Positions 19,524 through 30,515 of a DNA stretch of 64,000 nt are shown here, in pieces. How positions within the stretch are numbered: the stretch's first letter is position 1; each line of letters starts with the position of its first letter. The notes beneath the pieces were generated by a model. It was not told where the DNA came from and made no database searches. It was given only the letters and a program-made list of their open reading frames with translations. Position numbers and translations under genes: made by a program. The DNA is from an uncultured Acidimicrobiia bacterium (GTDB taxonomy: Bacteria > Actinomycetota > Acidimicrobiia > Spongiisociales > ZC4RG35): assembly GCA_963744905.1 (NCBI GenBank), contig CAVUUV010000006.1:129077-193076 (forward strand), read 5' to 3'.

Positions 19524-19916
19524 ATGCACCGCCGCCGCGATCCCTTGTTCACGCTCTCGTGGTCGCTGCTGGCCGTGACGGGCGCCGCCATACTGGCGTT
19601 CGGGATCGTCACCACCCTGTGGCCCGGGACGGACGAGAGGCTCTACATCCGTGCGGTGGGGGTGGCATCGGTCGGCCTGGGGTTGTTCGGCGTGATGATC
19701 ACCCTCATACCTTTCCGAGGTGGTGAGAGGTGGGCGTGGATGACGCTCTGGTATTACCCGGCTTTTTGGCTCGCCCATCTCCTGGGAGGATTGCCTCCCG
19801 GAAATGACCACATTCATCAGATCGTATTCATCGTGTTCTCGGCCTCCGGCCTGATGCTCGCCATAGGCCGATTCCCCTCCCTGACACCGGAGCCGCCGGC
19901 CGGCACGACCGACTGA
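19524..19916 (+). CDS. small integral membrane protein
   Basis: 130 aa with 4 hydrophobic segments. Confidence 0.5.
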   Translation: MHRRRDPLFTLSWSLLAVTGAAILAFGIVTTLWPGTDERLYIRAVGVASVGLGLFGVMITLIPFRGGERWAWMTLWYYPAFWLAHLLGGLPPGNDHIHQIVFIVFSASGLMLAIGRFPSLTPEPPAGTTD

Positions 19917-19993
19917 GTTGGTCACCCGAGCTCCCGGCTTCGACGATGCTACGGCCAGTGCCACGGTCTGTGGCGTGTAGAGCCGGGCAGCCT

Positions 19994-20653
19994 TCAGGAC
20001 GGACGAGCCACGACCACCTGGGAGGTTATCGCCCAGGCCGTGACGGTTCCGACATGATCCATCCGCCACCGACCGCCGAGGAGAGCCGTTAGGTCGATCG
20101 GCCGGCACCCACCCACCAATGACGGTGATCGGCGCCAGGTTGCGTTCCACAAAGAGCAGACGATTCGCGACGATATCGATTGGCCCTGGGTGAGACCCAC
20201 CAGACACAGCCGGCCATCGTCTGTGAGGAGACGACGGGCCTCCTCGAGGAAAGCCATCGACAGGTCGCCGGAGAGGAGGTCGAAAACGTAGACGGCCAGG
20301 AACCGGTCGAACGAATGGTCCCGGCCGGGCAAGGGCGGCATTCCTGAAATGCGATCGACGCCGGCGCGGTTCCCGAACCTCTCCACACGCTTCGAAGCCA
20401 ACTCGATCATGTGACTGCTCACATCGACACCGCGGTACACGGCATCGTCCGGTAGGACACCGCCCAATAACCGTTGGGCGTAGGCACCGGTACCACAACC
20501 GAGCTCGAACACGGCCGTCGCCGATCCGAAGTCGGCGTGAGCCTCGAGGTCCCGCGTCGGGGGACCCTCGTAGAAGCGTTGCCAGTCCTGGAGACGGCCG
20601 ATCCGATCGTAGACACGGGCCGCCTCCTCGGGCGCCAGGGTGCCCTCCGTCAT
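19994..20653 (-). CDS. class I SAM-dependent methyltransferase
   Basis: VFELGCGTGAYAQRLL motif I. Confidence 0.8.
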   Translation of the reverse strand: MTEGTLAPEEAARVYDRIGRLQDWQRFYEGPPTRDLEAHADFGSATAVFELGCGTGAYAQRLLGGVLPDDAVYRGVDVSSHMIELASKRVERFGNRAGVDRISGMPPLPGRDHSFDRFLAVYVFDLLSGDLSMAFLEEARRLLTDDGRLCLVGLTQGQSISSRIVCSLWNATWRRSPSLVGGCRPIDLTALLGGRWRMDHVGTVTAWAITSQVVVARPS

Positions 20654-20851
20654 ACTCCAACCCTACGGCAACGGCACCTCCTCAGCCAGATTCCTTCGCG
20701 GCCGGCCCGAGGAGCGTTCGGGGGCAGTACGGAATTGCGGTTGAGGCGAGCGGATCCCCGTGGCCGCGATCCTTCAACCCCGGCGGCGGATGGGATCAGC
20801 TTGGAGGAACGATGCTGTAATAATCGGTCATCTCAGAGGAAATTCCCTGAG

Positions 20852-21109
20852 ATGGACCACCACACGGCGAGGAGCCGACCGATGCGACGTCAACGGTCCT
20901 ATCCGTACGGCCTGCCCATCTCGTCTCACGTCTCATCAGACGAGGGCGGCGTATTCATCGACCTCTGGCTGGAAGTATTCGCGCCCCATCGCCCGTGCAG
21001 GTTGGACCCCGTGGAGCTGATGGAGGCCGGCAAGTCACCCCAGGAGATCCTCGATGCGCTCAGGGCCGAGGCGGCCCACCAGAGACGCGCCAGCGACGGA
21101 CTCATCTGA
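20852..21109 (+). CDS. hypothetical small protein
   Basis: 85-aa ORF from ATG 20852. Start uncertain. Confidence 0.3.
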   Translation: MDHHTARSRPMRRQRSYPYGLPISSHVSSDEGGVFIDLWLEVFAPHRPCRLDPVELMEAGKSPQEILDALRAEAAHQRRASDGLI

Positions 21110-21245
21110 GAAGTCGTCGCACCAGCCTCATCTGTGGCTGGGATGGCCGACAGCCTTTCGGCGCGGCTCGAGGGCGGGCTTTTCAGCGGAACCGTATACG
21201 GAAAACCTGCCCGTCAACCCGAGATTCGGGCGTCATACTGCGCTG

Positions 21246-22067
21246 ATGCCGATCGACCACCACCGCGAGACGAACCGTGCCAACTGGGACGCCCGAGTCC
21301 CTATCCACGTGGGGTCGGACGTCTACGGCATCCGGCGTTTCATCGATGACCCGGCGTTCGTCGGTGAGGTGGTCAGATTCGACGCGGCCAGACTGGGCGA
21401 CGTCGACGGGAAACGTCTCCTCCATCTCCAGTGCCACATCGGTACCGACACCATCGGTTGGGCGCGCCTCGGTGCCGAAGTCACCGGGATCGACATCTCA
21501 ACGAAATCGATCGAGGCAGCCCGTCGCATCAGCGAGAACACCGGCACGCCAGCGCGATTCATCGTGTCGGAGCTGTACGACGCACCAGCGGCCCTACCCG
21601 AGACCTTCGACATCGTCTACACGGGAGTAGGGGCGATCTGCTGGCTGCCTGACATCAAGGGCTGGGCCGACGTCGTGGCCGGCTTCCTCGAGCCGGGCGG
21701 CCGCTTCTACATGCGGGAAGGCCACCCGATTCTCTGGGCGCTCGACATAGACCGGGACGACGATCTCCTCGTGGTCGACTACCCCTACTTCGAGACGGCC
21801 GAGCCACAGCATTGGTCGGAGGACTACACCTACGCCGGCGATGGTCAGGTGAACAGCCCAGACACCTACGAGTGGAACCATGGGATGGCCGAGACCCTTC
21901 AAGCGCTGATCGAGGCGGGGCTTCGAATCGAAGAAGTCCAGGAATACCAGTTCCTCGAGTGGGAGGCCGGACCGGTCAACCAACTAGGCGACGACGGTCG
22001 CTACCGCCTGGCGGAACGGATGGAACGGCTTCCACTGATGTGGTCGGTTCTAGCCACGCAGACCTAG
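21246..22067 (+). CDS. class I SAM-dependent methyltransferase
   Basis: LLHLQCHIGTDT ... DIVYTGVGAICWLPD. Start set at MPIDHH. Confidence 0.75.
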   Translation: MPIDHHRETNRANWDARVPIHVGSDVYGIRRFIDDPAFVGEVVRFDAARLGDVDGKRLLHLQCHIGTDTIGWARLGAEVTGIDISTKSIEAARRISENTGTPARFIVSELYDAPAALPETFDIVYTGVGAICWLPDIKGWADVVAGFLEPGGRFYMREGHPILWALDIDRDDDLLVVDYPYFETAEPQHWSEDYTYAGDGQVNSPDTYEWNHGMAETLQALIEAGLRIEEVQEYQFLEWEAGPVNQLGDDGRYRLAERMERLPLMWSVLATQT

Positions 22068-22136
22068 AGCGTAGCGGGACGCACACACCTGATCGCTCGG
22101 AGGCCGCGGTCTCGCCAGCTCCATTTGAAGAGAGTC

Positions 22137-22165
22137 TTGACAAAGCGAGAACATTATCGAATAAT
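22137..22165 (+). promoter_or_regulatory. candidate sigma-70-type promoter upstream of the TetR gene
   Basis: TTGACA, 17-nt spacer, AATAAT, within a strikingly AT-rich patch about 35 nt upstream of the ATG at 22199. Confidence 0.4.
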
Positions 22166-22198
22166 AAATGAGGATTCACTTATCAACGAAGGACGGCG

Positions 22199-22858
22199 AT
22201 GCCAAAAGTCCCGAAGGCCCATCTAGAGCAGCGTCGTCAGCAAATCCTCGACGCGGCAATCGCCTGCTTCGCACGCAAGGGCTTCGAACACACGACCATG
22301 GCCGACATCGCCGCTCAGGCGGGGGTGAGCGACACGCTGGCTTACCGCTACTTCAGCGGGAAGGACGCCCTCATCGAGGCTGCGGTGCGTCGACACGGGG
22401 ACTCCAGCGTCGATCAGTTGTTGGGCGTTCATGACGGGGTGGAGGACTTCCGGTCCCTTCTCGACATGCTGATCGGCACGAGTGTGCGCCGGTTCGAACA
22501 CCCTGAGGAGATGAAGACGACGATGGGGATGTACCTTCGGTCATGGGCCGAGGCCCTGCACGACGAGGAGATCCGCCAGGAAGTGGTGAACCGCTGGCAC
22601 GACGGCTTTGACATCGCCGAGGGTCTGATCGTCAGAGCGCAACAGCAGGGCCAGCTCAACCCGAATCTCGACTCGAGAGCCATTGCGTGGATCATGCTCG
22701 CCACCCATTACGGAGCGAACATCCTCGCCGTAGTGGACCCCGAGGTCGATCTTGAGAAGGCGAAAGAGGTGATGGTGGCGATGTTCTTCGGTGGTCTTGG
22801 CGGAGACACAGACCGAGGGTCTGCCGGTGAGGACACGTCGAGAGAGGAGCAGGGATAG
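22199..22858 (+). CDS. TetR/AcrR family transcriptional regulator
   Basis: N-terminal HTH ILDAAIACFARKGFEHTTMADIAAQAGVSDTLAYRYF. Confidence 0.9.
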   Translation: MPKVPKAHLEQRRQQILDAAIACFARKGFEHTTMADIAAQAGVSDTLAYRYFSGKDALIEAAVRRHGDSSVDQLLGVHDGVEDFRSLLDMLIGTSVRRFEHPEEMKTTMGMYLRSWAEALHDEEIRQEVVNRWHDGFDIAEGLIVRAQQQGQLNPNLDSRAIAWIMLATHYGANILAVVDPEVDLEKAKEVMVAMFFGGLGGDTDRGSAGEDTSREEQG

Positions 22859-22860
22859 GG

Positions 22861-25385
22861 ATGGACACGACACACCGGTCGAGCACAGGGCTGACTCTGG
22901 AGTTGAGTCGGGTGTCACCCGGAGACGCCGCCCGGGTGGGAGTCAAAGCGGCCAACCAGGCCTCGCTCCTGCAGGCGGGCTTCCCCGTCCCCGACGGTGT
23001 CGTTCTCACCGCCGACGCCCACGCATCGTTCATCGGCGCAGGATCCATCGCCGGCGACGGGGCACCTGCATCTTTGTCGCCCGGGGTGCGACACCTGCTC
23101 GCCGAGGTGATGACCATCCTGGGTGACACACCCGTGGCGGTGCGCTCGTCGGGTATTGCCGAGGACCTCCCCGACGCCTCCTTCGCCGGACAGTACGAGA
23201 CAGTCCTCGGTGTCGAGGGTCTGGACGAGTTGGGAGAGGCAGTGCGGCACACCTGGATGTCGGCAGCTTCCACACATGCGACCAAGTATCGGGAGAGCCG
23301 TGGACTGCGAGAGGCTTCGATGGCCGTCCTCATCCAACGGATGGTGGACGCCGAGGCGGCGGGCGTGGCCTTTTCTGCCAATCCGGTGACCGGTTCCCGC
23401 CGGGAAGTGATCATCAACGCCGTGCCGGGTCTGGGGGACAAGCTCGTGTCGGGGCGAGTGTCCCCCGACCAATGGGTAGTCCACGACGACGAGGCTCGGC
23501 GCCAGACGTCCCTCCACGGCGCCATCGACGCAGATCAGGCGCTCGCAATCGCCGAAACGGCTCGCCGGATCGAAGCCCACTTCGGCTCTCCACAGGACGT
23601 CGAGTGGGCAATCGCCGACGGTCGGCTCCACGTTCTGCAGGCTCGTCCTATTACGTCGCTTCCCGAGCCGGGGATCGAACCGATCCCGGTAGAGGTGGAG
23701 GTGCCACCCGGTTTCTGGTTCTTCGACGGTAGCCATGGCAACTCGCACGTCCCCATCGACCGGTTCCTCGGCGAGCTGGTCCGGCCGTGCAGTGCGCAAT
23801 GGTCGGAGGAATTCGGATACCTCTTCGAAGGCATCGAGTTCCGCATGATCGGGGGCTGGCCGTACCAGCGGATGGTCCCGCTCGGTGACCGCCAGGGCCC
23901 GGCTCTTCCCGACTGGCTCATGTGGCTCCTCGTCCGGACGATCCCGATGCTGCGGCGTCGGGTCGCCCGGGCCATCGAGGCCACCCGATCGGATCTTCCG
24001 GGCCGCTACATCGAACGCTGGTACCAGGAGTGGCAGCCGGAGATGGCCAAGGCCATCGCCCGATCTGCGTGACGTCGACCTCCCGGCGCTTTCCGACGAT
24101 GAGCTACGCCGTCATGTGGAGGAAGCCCGGGAGCTCATGGTCAGGGGGATCCTGATCCACATGCGAGTCCACGGCGCCATGGCCCCGATCCTGTACGAGC
24201 TGGTCCATAGCTGTGAGGAATTGTTGGGCTGGGACATGACCCGCTCGATGGAGCTGGTGAGTGGCACCTCCTACAAATCCACCGAACCGGCACGGCGCCT
24301 GCGGGATCTGGCCGACATGGCAGCCAGCAGGCCGGCCATCCGGGAGTTGCTCGACTATCGAGGCGGAGATCTCCTGGGTCGGCTTGCCGCGACCGACCAC
24401 GAGTTCGCCGATAGGTTCTCGGCGTACCTGCACGAGTATGGGTGCCGAGCCTTGGGACACACCACCCTCGGCGAAGTGACACTCGCCGAGAACCCGGCGC
24501 TGGTCTTCAGCATGATTTCCGGTCAGATCGAACGCGGATACGACCCGCACAGGACCTGGAGGACAACGCCCGCAAGCGGGCCGAGACCCTTCGGGAGGCC
24601 CAGGCCTTGCTCGCCGACCGCCCCGATGACCTCCAACGGTTCCGGCGAGCGGTTGAACGAGCAGAGAAGGCCTACCCGGTGCGGGAGGACAACGAGTTCT
24701 TCTGCTTCAGCTCGCCACTCGCCCTGCTCGATACGCCGCTCTGGAGATCGGTGGGCGCCTCGCCGCTCGGGACGTGACCGACGAGACCGACGATGTGCTC
24801 TACCTCGAGCTCGACGAGGCGGTGGCCGCCCTCACCGAAGACACGGAACTGCGGTCCCTCGTGCGCCGGCGGAAAGGGGAACAGGCATGGATCAACGCCC
24901 ATCCCGGCCCTCCCTCCTACGGGACACCTCCGCCCGGGCCGCCGTCCTTCTACTTCCTGCCCGCCGGACGCCCGACCCCTCATGGAGGCGATCCTGTGGA
25001 GCAACGAGGTGATCATGGCCGTCGACGAGACCAACCGGGAGGCCGGGTCCCCCGGGCGCCATCGTCACAGGGATGGGGGCCTCACCGGGTGAGTACACGG
25101 GGCCGGTTCGGGTGGTGATGGACGAGTCCGAGTTCGACAAGGTCCGGCCGGGCGACGTTCTGGTTTGCCCGGCGACCTCGCCGGTGTGGTCGGTGGTGTT
25201 CCCGGTCATCGGTGCCCTCGTGACGGACACCGGAGGGCTGCTATCCCACCCCGCCATCATCGCCCGCGAGTACCAGCATCCCGGCCGTCGTGGCCACCGG
25301 CAACGCTACCCCACGCCTCCACGACGGCGAACTCGTCACCGTGGACGGTTCGACCGGAACCGTTTCGAAGAATCCCTCGACGTAA
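22861..25385 (+). pseudogene. PEP-utilising enzyme family protein (rifampin phosphotransferase / PEP synthase-like), split over at least 5 frames
   Basis: The PPDK_N-like N-terminus (GVKAANQASL) is intact to 24072. Middle pieces lie in other frames. C-terminal mobile His domain LVTDTGGLLSHPAIIAREY. Total about 840 codons. Confidence 0.75.
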
Positions 25386-25399
25386 ACGAAGGAGGCATC

Positions 25400-26077
25400 A
25401 TGGAAGACCAGGCAGTGTATCGAGTTGGAGCCTGGGGGGCGATCGTTGGAGGGATTCTGGCGATCGTCGTGAACCTCTTGGGTCCACGTTCAGACTCCGG
25501 CGACGTGGGCGACCTGCAAGCCACCGTGAACACGGCGGCCACGAGCGGTAGGTGGGAAATCACCATGGTCGGCATCGTCGTCGTGTCCCTGCTCATTCTT
25601 CTCGCCTTCTTCGCCCTCACCCGGTCTATAAGCGACTCTCCGGGCGAGGCATGGGCTCGTCTGGGATGGGGATTCGGCTTGGCCGGCATCACCATCGGAA
25701 TCGCCACGCATGCGATCTACGCCGGCCTGCACCGGGGAGCCGAGACGATGGGAGCGGATACATTGGGAGGCGTCGCCCTGGTTGCAGACGGCCTGTTCTT
25801 TGCCTGGGCAATCACCTTGTTCGGCGCAGCGGCCCTGTTCTACGGATTGGCCCTGGCGGCCTCCCGCGCCTATCCCACCTGGCTGGGAGGGGTGACCGTA
25901 AGCGGTGCAGTAATCGGCCTCCTGGCCGGATTCATGCACACGTTTGCAGGCACGACCTCAACGTCCCTGCTGCTCTTCGGGATCAGCGCCGGCGTCTTCT
26001 CCCTCGTGATCCTTTACGCGGGGATCTTGCTTCTTCGACAGTCCTCGGCCGCCGTCTCACCCGCGCCGATGGCGTAG
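25400..26077 (+). CDS. integral membrane protein (DUF4386-like)
   Basis: GAAGGAGG RBS 5 nt upstream of ATG 25400. 226 aa and polytopic. Confidence 0.65.
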   Translation: MEDQAVYRVGAWGAIVGGILAIVVNLLGPRSDSGDVGDLQATVNTAATSGRWEITMVGIVVVSLLILLAFFALTRSISDSPGEAWARLGWGFGLAGITIGIATHAIYAGLHRGAETMGADTLGGVALVADGLFFAWAITLFGAAALFYGLALAASRAYPTWLGGVTVSGAVIGLLAGFMHTFAGTTSTSLLLFGISAGVFSLVILYAGILLLRQSSAAVSPAPMA

Positions 26078-26161
26078 GAGAGTACGGGTGCCCGGGTGTG
26101 GGGTCGAGAACGTACCTGCCGCGGAGGCTGGGTGGCCGCAATGAAGACGCGCCCTGCAACG

Positions 26162-26535
26162 CTAACGCTCCTTGCGCTCCTCAAGCCAAGGCGAGATTGA
26201 GAGACCCGATGTCTCGGCACGCCGACCCTCATCCAGCAGTATTGCGATCAAGCGTCCGACGCGGCCGTTCCCGTCGTGATACGGGTGAATCGCTTCGAAT
26301 TGGTAATGGGCGATCGCCGCGTGTACCAGAACCTGCGGGGCCCGCTTGCCCGCCGTCTCGAACTTGATCGATGCCGGCCCGGCGCCGAGCCCCTCATCGA
26401 TGTGACCTGCCAAACGGGCGGGATGGCCGCCGGCGCGGCGAGCCGCAACGTGTACATGTGCACGAGCAGGGGTCGCCCGTACTCGCCGGCACCGGGGCGG
26501 CGGCGTGTCGAGTGGATCGTGCAGGTTGGCATCAT
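26162..26535 (-). pseudogene. Fic/DOC family protein remnant (N-terminally truncated, frameshifted)
   Basis: Fic core motif HPYHDGNGRVGR in the 26162-26413 ORF. The upstream GAGEY segment lies in another frame. Confidence 0.7.
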
Positions 26536-26640
26536 CTACTTACTCAGCTTCCAGTGGCCCCACACGAAGAATTCGGGAATCATCCAGGCATGTACGAGGA
26601 TGCCCGCTGGATCATCGGGGCCGAACCTCCACGTCATAGG

Positions 26641-27576
26641 ATGCCCACCATGGATGATTGGCGGTCTCATCGGGTTGGCGTGGAGTTCGAATCCGAAGGT
26701 GCAGTCCTCCGAGGGTTCCTATACAAGGCGGTGAAAGGAGAACCGCCTTTCCCGACCGTGATCATGACCCACGGCACCTCAGCCACCATCCCGATGGTCG
26801 CAGACCGGTATGCCGAAGTGTTCGCTGAGGCCGGAGTGTCGGCCCTCCTCTATGACCATCGAAATCTGGGCATCAGCGGGGGAGAGCCACGCCAGGAGAT
26901 CAACCCTTGGGTACAGTCCCGCGGCTATCGAGACGCCATCACCTTCGCCTCGACCCTCGAGGACCATGACCCGAACCGGATCGGAGTCTGGGGTGACTCG
27001 TATTCGGCTGGGCAGGTGTTCTTGGTGGCTGCCTGCGACCCTCGAGTCAAGGTGGTCGTGGCCCAATGCCCTGTGTTCGGTGCCGACTCGCCGGGCATGG
27101 ACCCAACACCTGGAGCCTTGGCAACTATCCGCCAGACCTTCGAATCCGGTGACGTTTCCGGTAGGCCCGAGGACAAGGCTGGTCCAATGCCTGTCGTTTC
27201 ATCGGACCAGTTGGGCGCTCCGTCGCTGCTCAAGCCCATCCAGGCGTACCGGTGGTTCATCGAATACGGCGGCAGACACGGCAGCGGGTGGCAGAACCAG
27301 GCCACGAGAATCAGCCCGTCCAACGTGGCCTCCTACAGCCCGTACCTGTGTACTCCCTATGTGACCGTCCCGTCACTGATGATGGTCGCGCCGGCCGACG
27401 AGATGATGCACGCCAACCCGGCAGTCAGTCGAGAGGCCTTCGACCTCCTCCCCGTTGAGAAGGAGTGGCACGATCTCGACGGCGGACACTTCGGACTCCT
27501 CTACTACCCCAGCGACCTTTTCGACGAAGCAAGCACCGTGCAAGCCGACTATCTCGTCAGACAGCTCCTCGACTGA
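26641..27576 (+). CDS. alpha/beta hydrolase (dienelactone-hydrolase/esterase-like)
   Basis: GDSYSAG nucleophile elbow. Start uncertain (ATG 26590 or 26641). Confidence 0.75.
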   Translation: MPTMDDWRSHRVGVEFESEGAVLRGFLYKAVKGEPPFPTVIMTHGTSATIPMVADRYAEVFAEAGVSALLYDHRNLGISGGEPRQEINPWVQSRGYRDAITFASTLEDHDPNRIGVWGDSYSAGQVFLVAACDPRVKVVVAQCPVFGADSPGMDPTPGALATIRQTFESGDVSGRPEDKAGPMPVVSSDQLGAPSLLKPIQAYRWFIEYGGRHGSGWQNQATRISPSNVASYSPYLCTPYVTVPSLMMVAPADEMMHANPAVSREAFDLLPVEKEWHDLDGGHFGLLYYPSDLFDEASTVQADYLVRQLLD

Positions 27577-27590
27577 TCCTATCGCGTGCC

Positions 27591-27625
27591 AACCCAACCT
27601 CCTGATCCGTAGGATCTCTAGGCGC
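27591..27625. repeat. degenerate partial copy of the tRNA-Arg att junction
   Basis: AACCCAACCTCCTGATCCGTAGGATCTCTAGGCGCC resembles AACCCCTAACCTTCTGATCCGTAGATCTCCAA(A/G)C at copies A and B. Confidence 0.4.
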
Positions 27626-27851
27626 CATTTGGCGTGCACGGGCTCCACCCGGCCTGCAGCACGGGATTCTCAATTCCACCGGCGTTCACAACAGCTCGAG
27701 GCTGCCCTGCTCGACCGGTCGATTTACGGCTTTCGTCCTGCTTGGGTTCGACCTCGCGTACTGGCGTTCGACGTAACAACCGACCTGTGGCAAGTGTCGG
27801 CCTGACGACAATTCCAAGGACTAATGAGGTCGATGGTGCGTTGAAGGAGTC

Positions 27852-28637
27852 ATGGCAGTCCGACGGGCTCTGATGCGCTTCGGGTTGGCTTGGTCGACTC
27901 TCACCTCGCTGGCCAGAGTCCGCCCGCCCTCCCCGACCGGAAAGGCTTCTCTCGACCACGCGCTTCTCGGGGAGATCCTGAGCCATCTCGGTGACAAGCC
28001 CCTGCAACGGCTTCGGGCCGTCGATTGCGATCTCGCCCGTTATCTGGCGGCTATGAGAGAAGTCGACCCAAATGACCTTTCGACGTCGGAAGCCTTGGCC
28101 TTCTGGATCAACGTCTACAACGCAGCTTCCCTCCAAGTTGCCGCCACTGCCTCCCGGGACAACGTCGCATCGGTGATGCGGCTCCCCGGAGCGTTCAACA
28201 CTCCGGTCATTTCTGTCGCAGGAGAGACCCTTTCCCTGAATGACATCGAGCACGGCAAGGTGCGCAGGTTCGGCGACCCAAGAGTCCACGCCGCCCTGGT
28301 TTGCGGATCGGTGTCATGTCCCACGCTCCGGCCGGAACCCTTCGGACCGAACCTCGCCGACCAGCTAGACCAACAGATGCGGCAATTCCTGGAGCGAGGC
28401 GCGCTCGTGGCGGACAGGCTGGACGATCGGGTGGTGATGTCGCCCATCTTCTCGTGGTTCGGTGGGGACTTCGCCCGATCCCATCACATGCCCACGTTGC
28501 TGCCCGCCCGGCGACGCCAAGTACTCATCGCACTCGAGTCATGGATCGACGACACCACCATCAACTGGATCCACGCCACACGTCCCGACCTCTCCTTCGC
28601 CCGATACGACTGGCGACTGGCCTGCACGATCGGCTGA
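27852..28637 (+). CDS. DUF547 domain protein
   Basis: AFWINVYNAASLQ, typical DUF547 signature. Confidence 0.7.
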   Translation: MAVRRALMRFGLAWSTLTSLARVRPPSPTGKASLDHALLGEILSHLGDKPLQRLRAVDCDLARYLAAMREVDPNDLSTSEALAFWINVYNAASLQVAATASRDNVASVMRLPGAFNTPVISVAGETLSLNDIEHGKVRRFGDPRVHAALVCGSVSCPTLRPEPFGPNLADQLDQQMRQFLERGALVADRLDDRVVMSPIFSWFGGDFARSHHMPTLLPARRRQVLIALESWIDDTTINWIHATRPDLSFARYDWRLACTIG

Positions 28638-28694
28638 TCGCCCCCTCCGGGTCCCTTGCCTCAACCACCACTCTGATCGTGGGGCCGGGGCCGT

Positions 28695-29195
28695 TCAGGC
28701 GAACTCCACTATCCGTTCGCCGGATCGGGTTCCGGAACTGTAGAAAAACAAGGCCAGGACGAGCCCGAACACCACGTGCGCGGCGAGTTCGAGCGGATCA
28801 TTGGGGGCCTGGAACTGTGTGAAGACGGTCTGGGCGAGGACCAAGAAGTCGACCACATACACGGCGACCCCGTATAGAGCGCCCCCCAAGGCCAGGGTTC
28901 CATTGGTGGCAAAGCGCGGTGCCAGATACGCGAATATCACACCGAAGATCCCCGAGATCACGATGTGAACGACCACTCCCAGCGGGACGCTCGCCGCCCC
29001 GCTTTGCAGGGCCCCTGCCCCCAAGACCAGGGTTGAGATGAGCCTGAACGGGGCAGTGGCCGGCTGGCCAATCGACGAGTTGAACCACATGTTTATGGCG
29101 ATGAAGACGGCACCGGCGACCACTCCCCCGATCAGCCCTCTGAGCAATCGCCCGCCACCCGTCTCGATGGTTTTCTGGTCTCCATTAACCGACAT
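28695..29195 (-). CDS. integral membrane protein
   Basis: 166 aa from MSVNGDQ with a GAGGAG RBS. 4-5 hydrophobic helices. Confidence 0.55.
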   Translation of the reverse strand: MSVNGDQKTIETGGGRLLRGLIGGVVAGAVFIAINMWFNSSIGQPATAPFRLISTLVLGAGALQSGAASVPLGVVVHIVISGIFGVIFAYLAPRFATNGTLALGGALYGVAVYVVDFLVLAQTVFTQFQAPNDPLELAAHVVFGLVLALFFYSSGTRSGERIVEFA

Positions 29196-29483
29196 ATGCA
29201 GCTCCTCGATGGGCGGTAAGGACACACAGCCACAGCAACCGAGTCGCTAGCCCCGGCGTTGAGTTGGCGCCTTTGCCGAACATACCGAGCTCACCTCATT
29301 CGGGCACCTCCATTGTCGTAACCACGACAGAGCGGGCCTATGCTCCCGGCCGGCCGGGGGCCGATAATCTCCGCGATGCCGACCCTGGCTTCGACCCGTA
29401 TCGTCCGGGGATCCTGGCCGGCGCCGCACCACACCCCTCATATCGATCGAATTACTCCGCGAATCAGGTGTGTGGTGAAGCCT

Positions 29484-30245
29484 CTATCCAGCTCGTTCTT
29501 GCTCATCCGCCGGCTCGAATCGTTCCAGCGGGATCCTGAACCGGCGGCCGAATGGGCTCTCCTCAATCAGGATGCCGGCTCTGCGATAGGTCTCCATCGG
29601 TATGCCCAGGTCGGCAAGGATCAGATCGCCGGCAGCCCCATTGATGAGACCTCTCTTGGGCAGGGCGAGAGTCAGCGTGGTGTCCGCCTCGATGTGCGGT
29701 CCTGGAGCGATCCCGGTGGTGGCGTCTATCCCGCTGGGGAGATCCAAGGACAGGATCGGAGACTCCTGCTCCCCGGCCCATCTGATCATGTCCGCCACTG
29801 CACCCGTGGGAGCATCGTGGAGGCTGTAGCCGATCAGAGCGTCGATGACGAGGGCCGGTCTGAGCCGGCCGATATCCGCGAAAGAGACGACGTCCCTCGA
29901 GGTGGCGCCGAACAGGCGCAGTTGGAACGACGGCACGTCATCCAGACCGTCCGCATCATGGACAGCCACCACCACCTCCTCCCCTCGATTGGCCAGGTGG
30001 CGGGCTGCGGTGATACCGCCACCGCCGTTACCCCCGACTCCAGCCAGGACAACCGTCGGACCGTCGGACGTCTTTGCCCTCATCTCCATGGCGGTGATGG
30101 CGAGGCTTCGCCCGGCGTTCTCCATCATCTGGAACAAGTTGGGCCCGGTTTCCTCGATAGCCACTCGATCGACCTCACGCATCTCCCGCGTGTCGACCGT
30201 GGGGATTAGGGCGCCAGTAGGGCCGCGGAAGGTCGGGCTCACCAC
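29484..30245 (-). CDS. NAD(P)H-hydrate epimerase (YjeF N-terminal domain)
   Basis: VVLAGVGGNGGGGITAARHLANRG, YjeF_N motif. Confidence 0.75.
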   Translation of the reverse strand: MVSPTFRGPTGALIPTVDTREMREVDRVAIEETGPNLFQMMENAGRSLAITAMEMRAKTSDGPTVVLAGVGGNGGGGITAARHLANRGEEVVVAVHDADGLDDVPSFQLRLFGATSRDVVSFADIGRLRPALVIDALIGYSLHDAPTGAVADMIRWAGEQESPILSLDLPSGIDATTGIAPGPHIEADTTLTLALPKRGLINGAAGDLILADLGIPMETYRRAGILIEESPFGRRFRIPLERFEPADEQERAG

Positions 30246-30515
30246 CTACGAACTCGCTTTCTTGATCTCGCCATCTCGCTGATTTCCGGGGGGGCTCTCG
30301 CCGGAAAACGATCCCACCTCGAGGGCTGAACTGTTGATGACCAACCGCCCCACGCCAGTTTGGCCGATGTCCCACGGAAGTTGCCACCGGGCCGGGTAGG
30401 AGCTGGCGGTTCGGCAGCCCGAGGAGTATCGGGATTGTCGCCTTGCCGACGATTAGTGAAGAGAAGGTTTGGTGGTGGGGTTCCAGGACTCGACTTGAAA
30501 GAAAGAGAGAACAAG

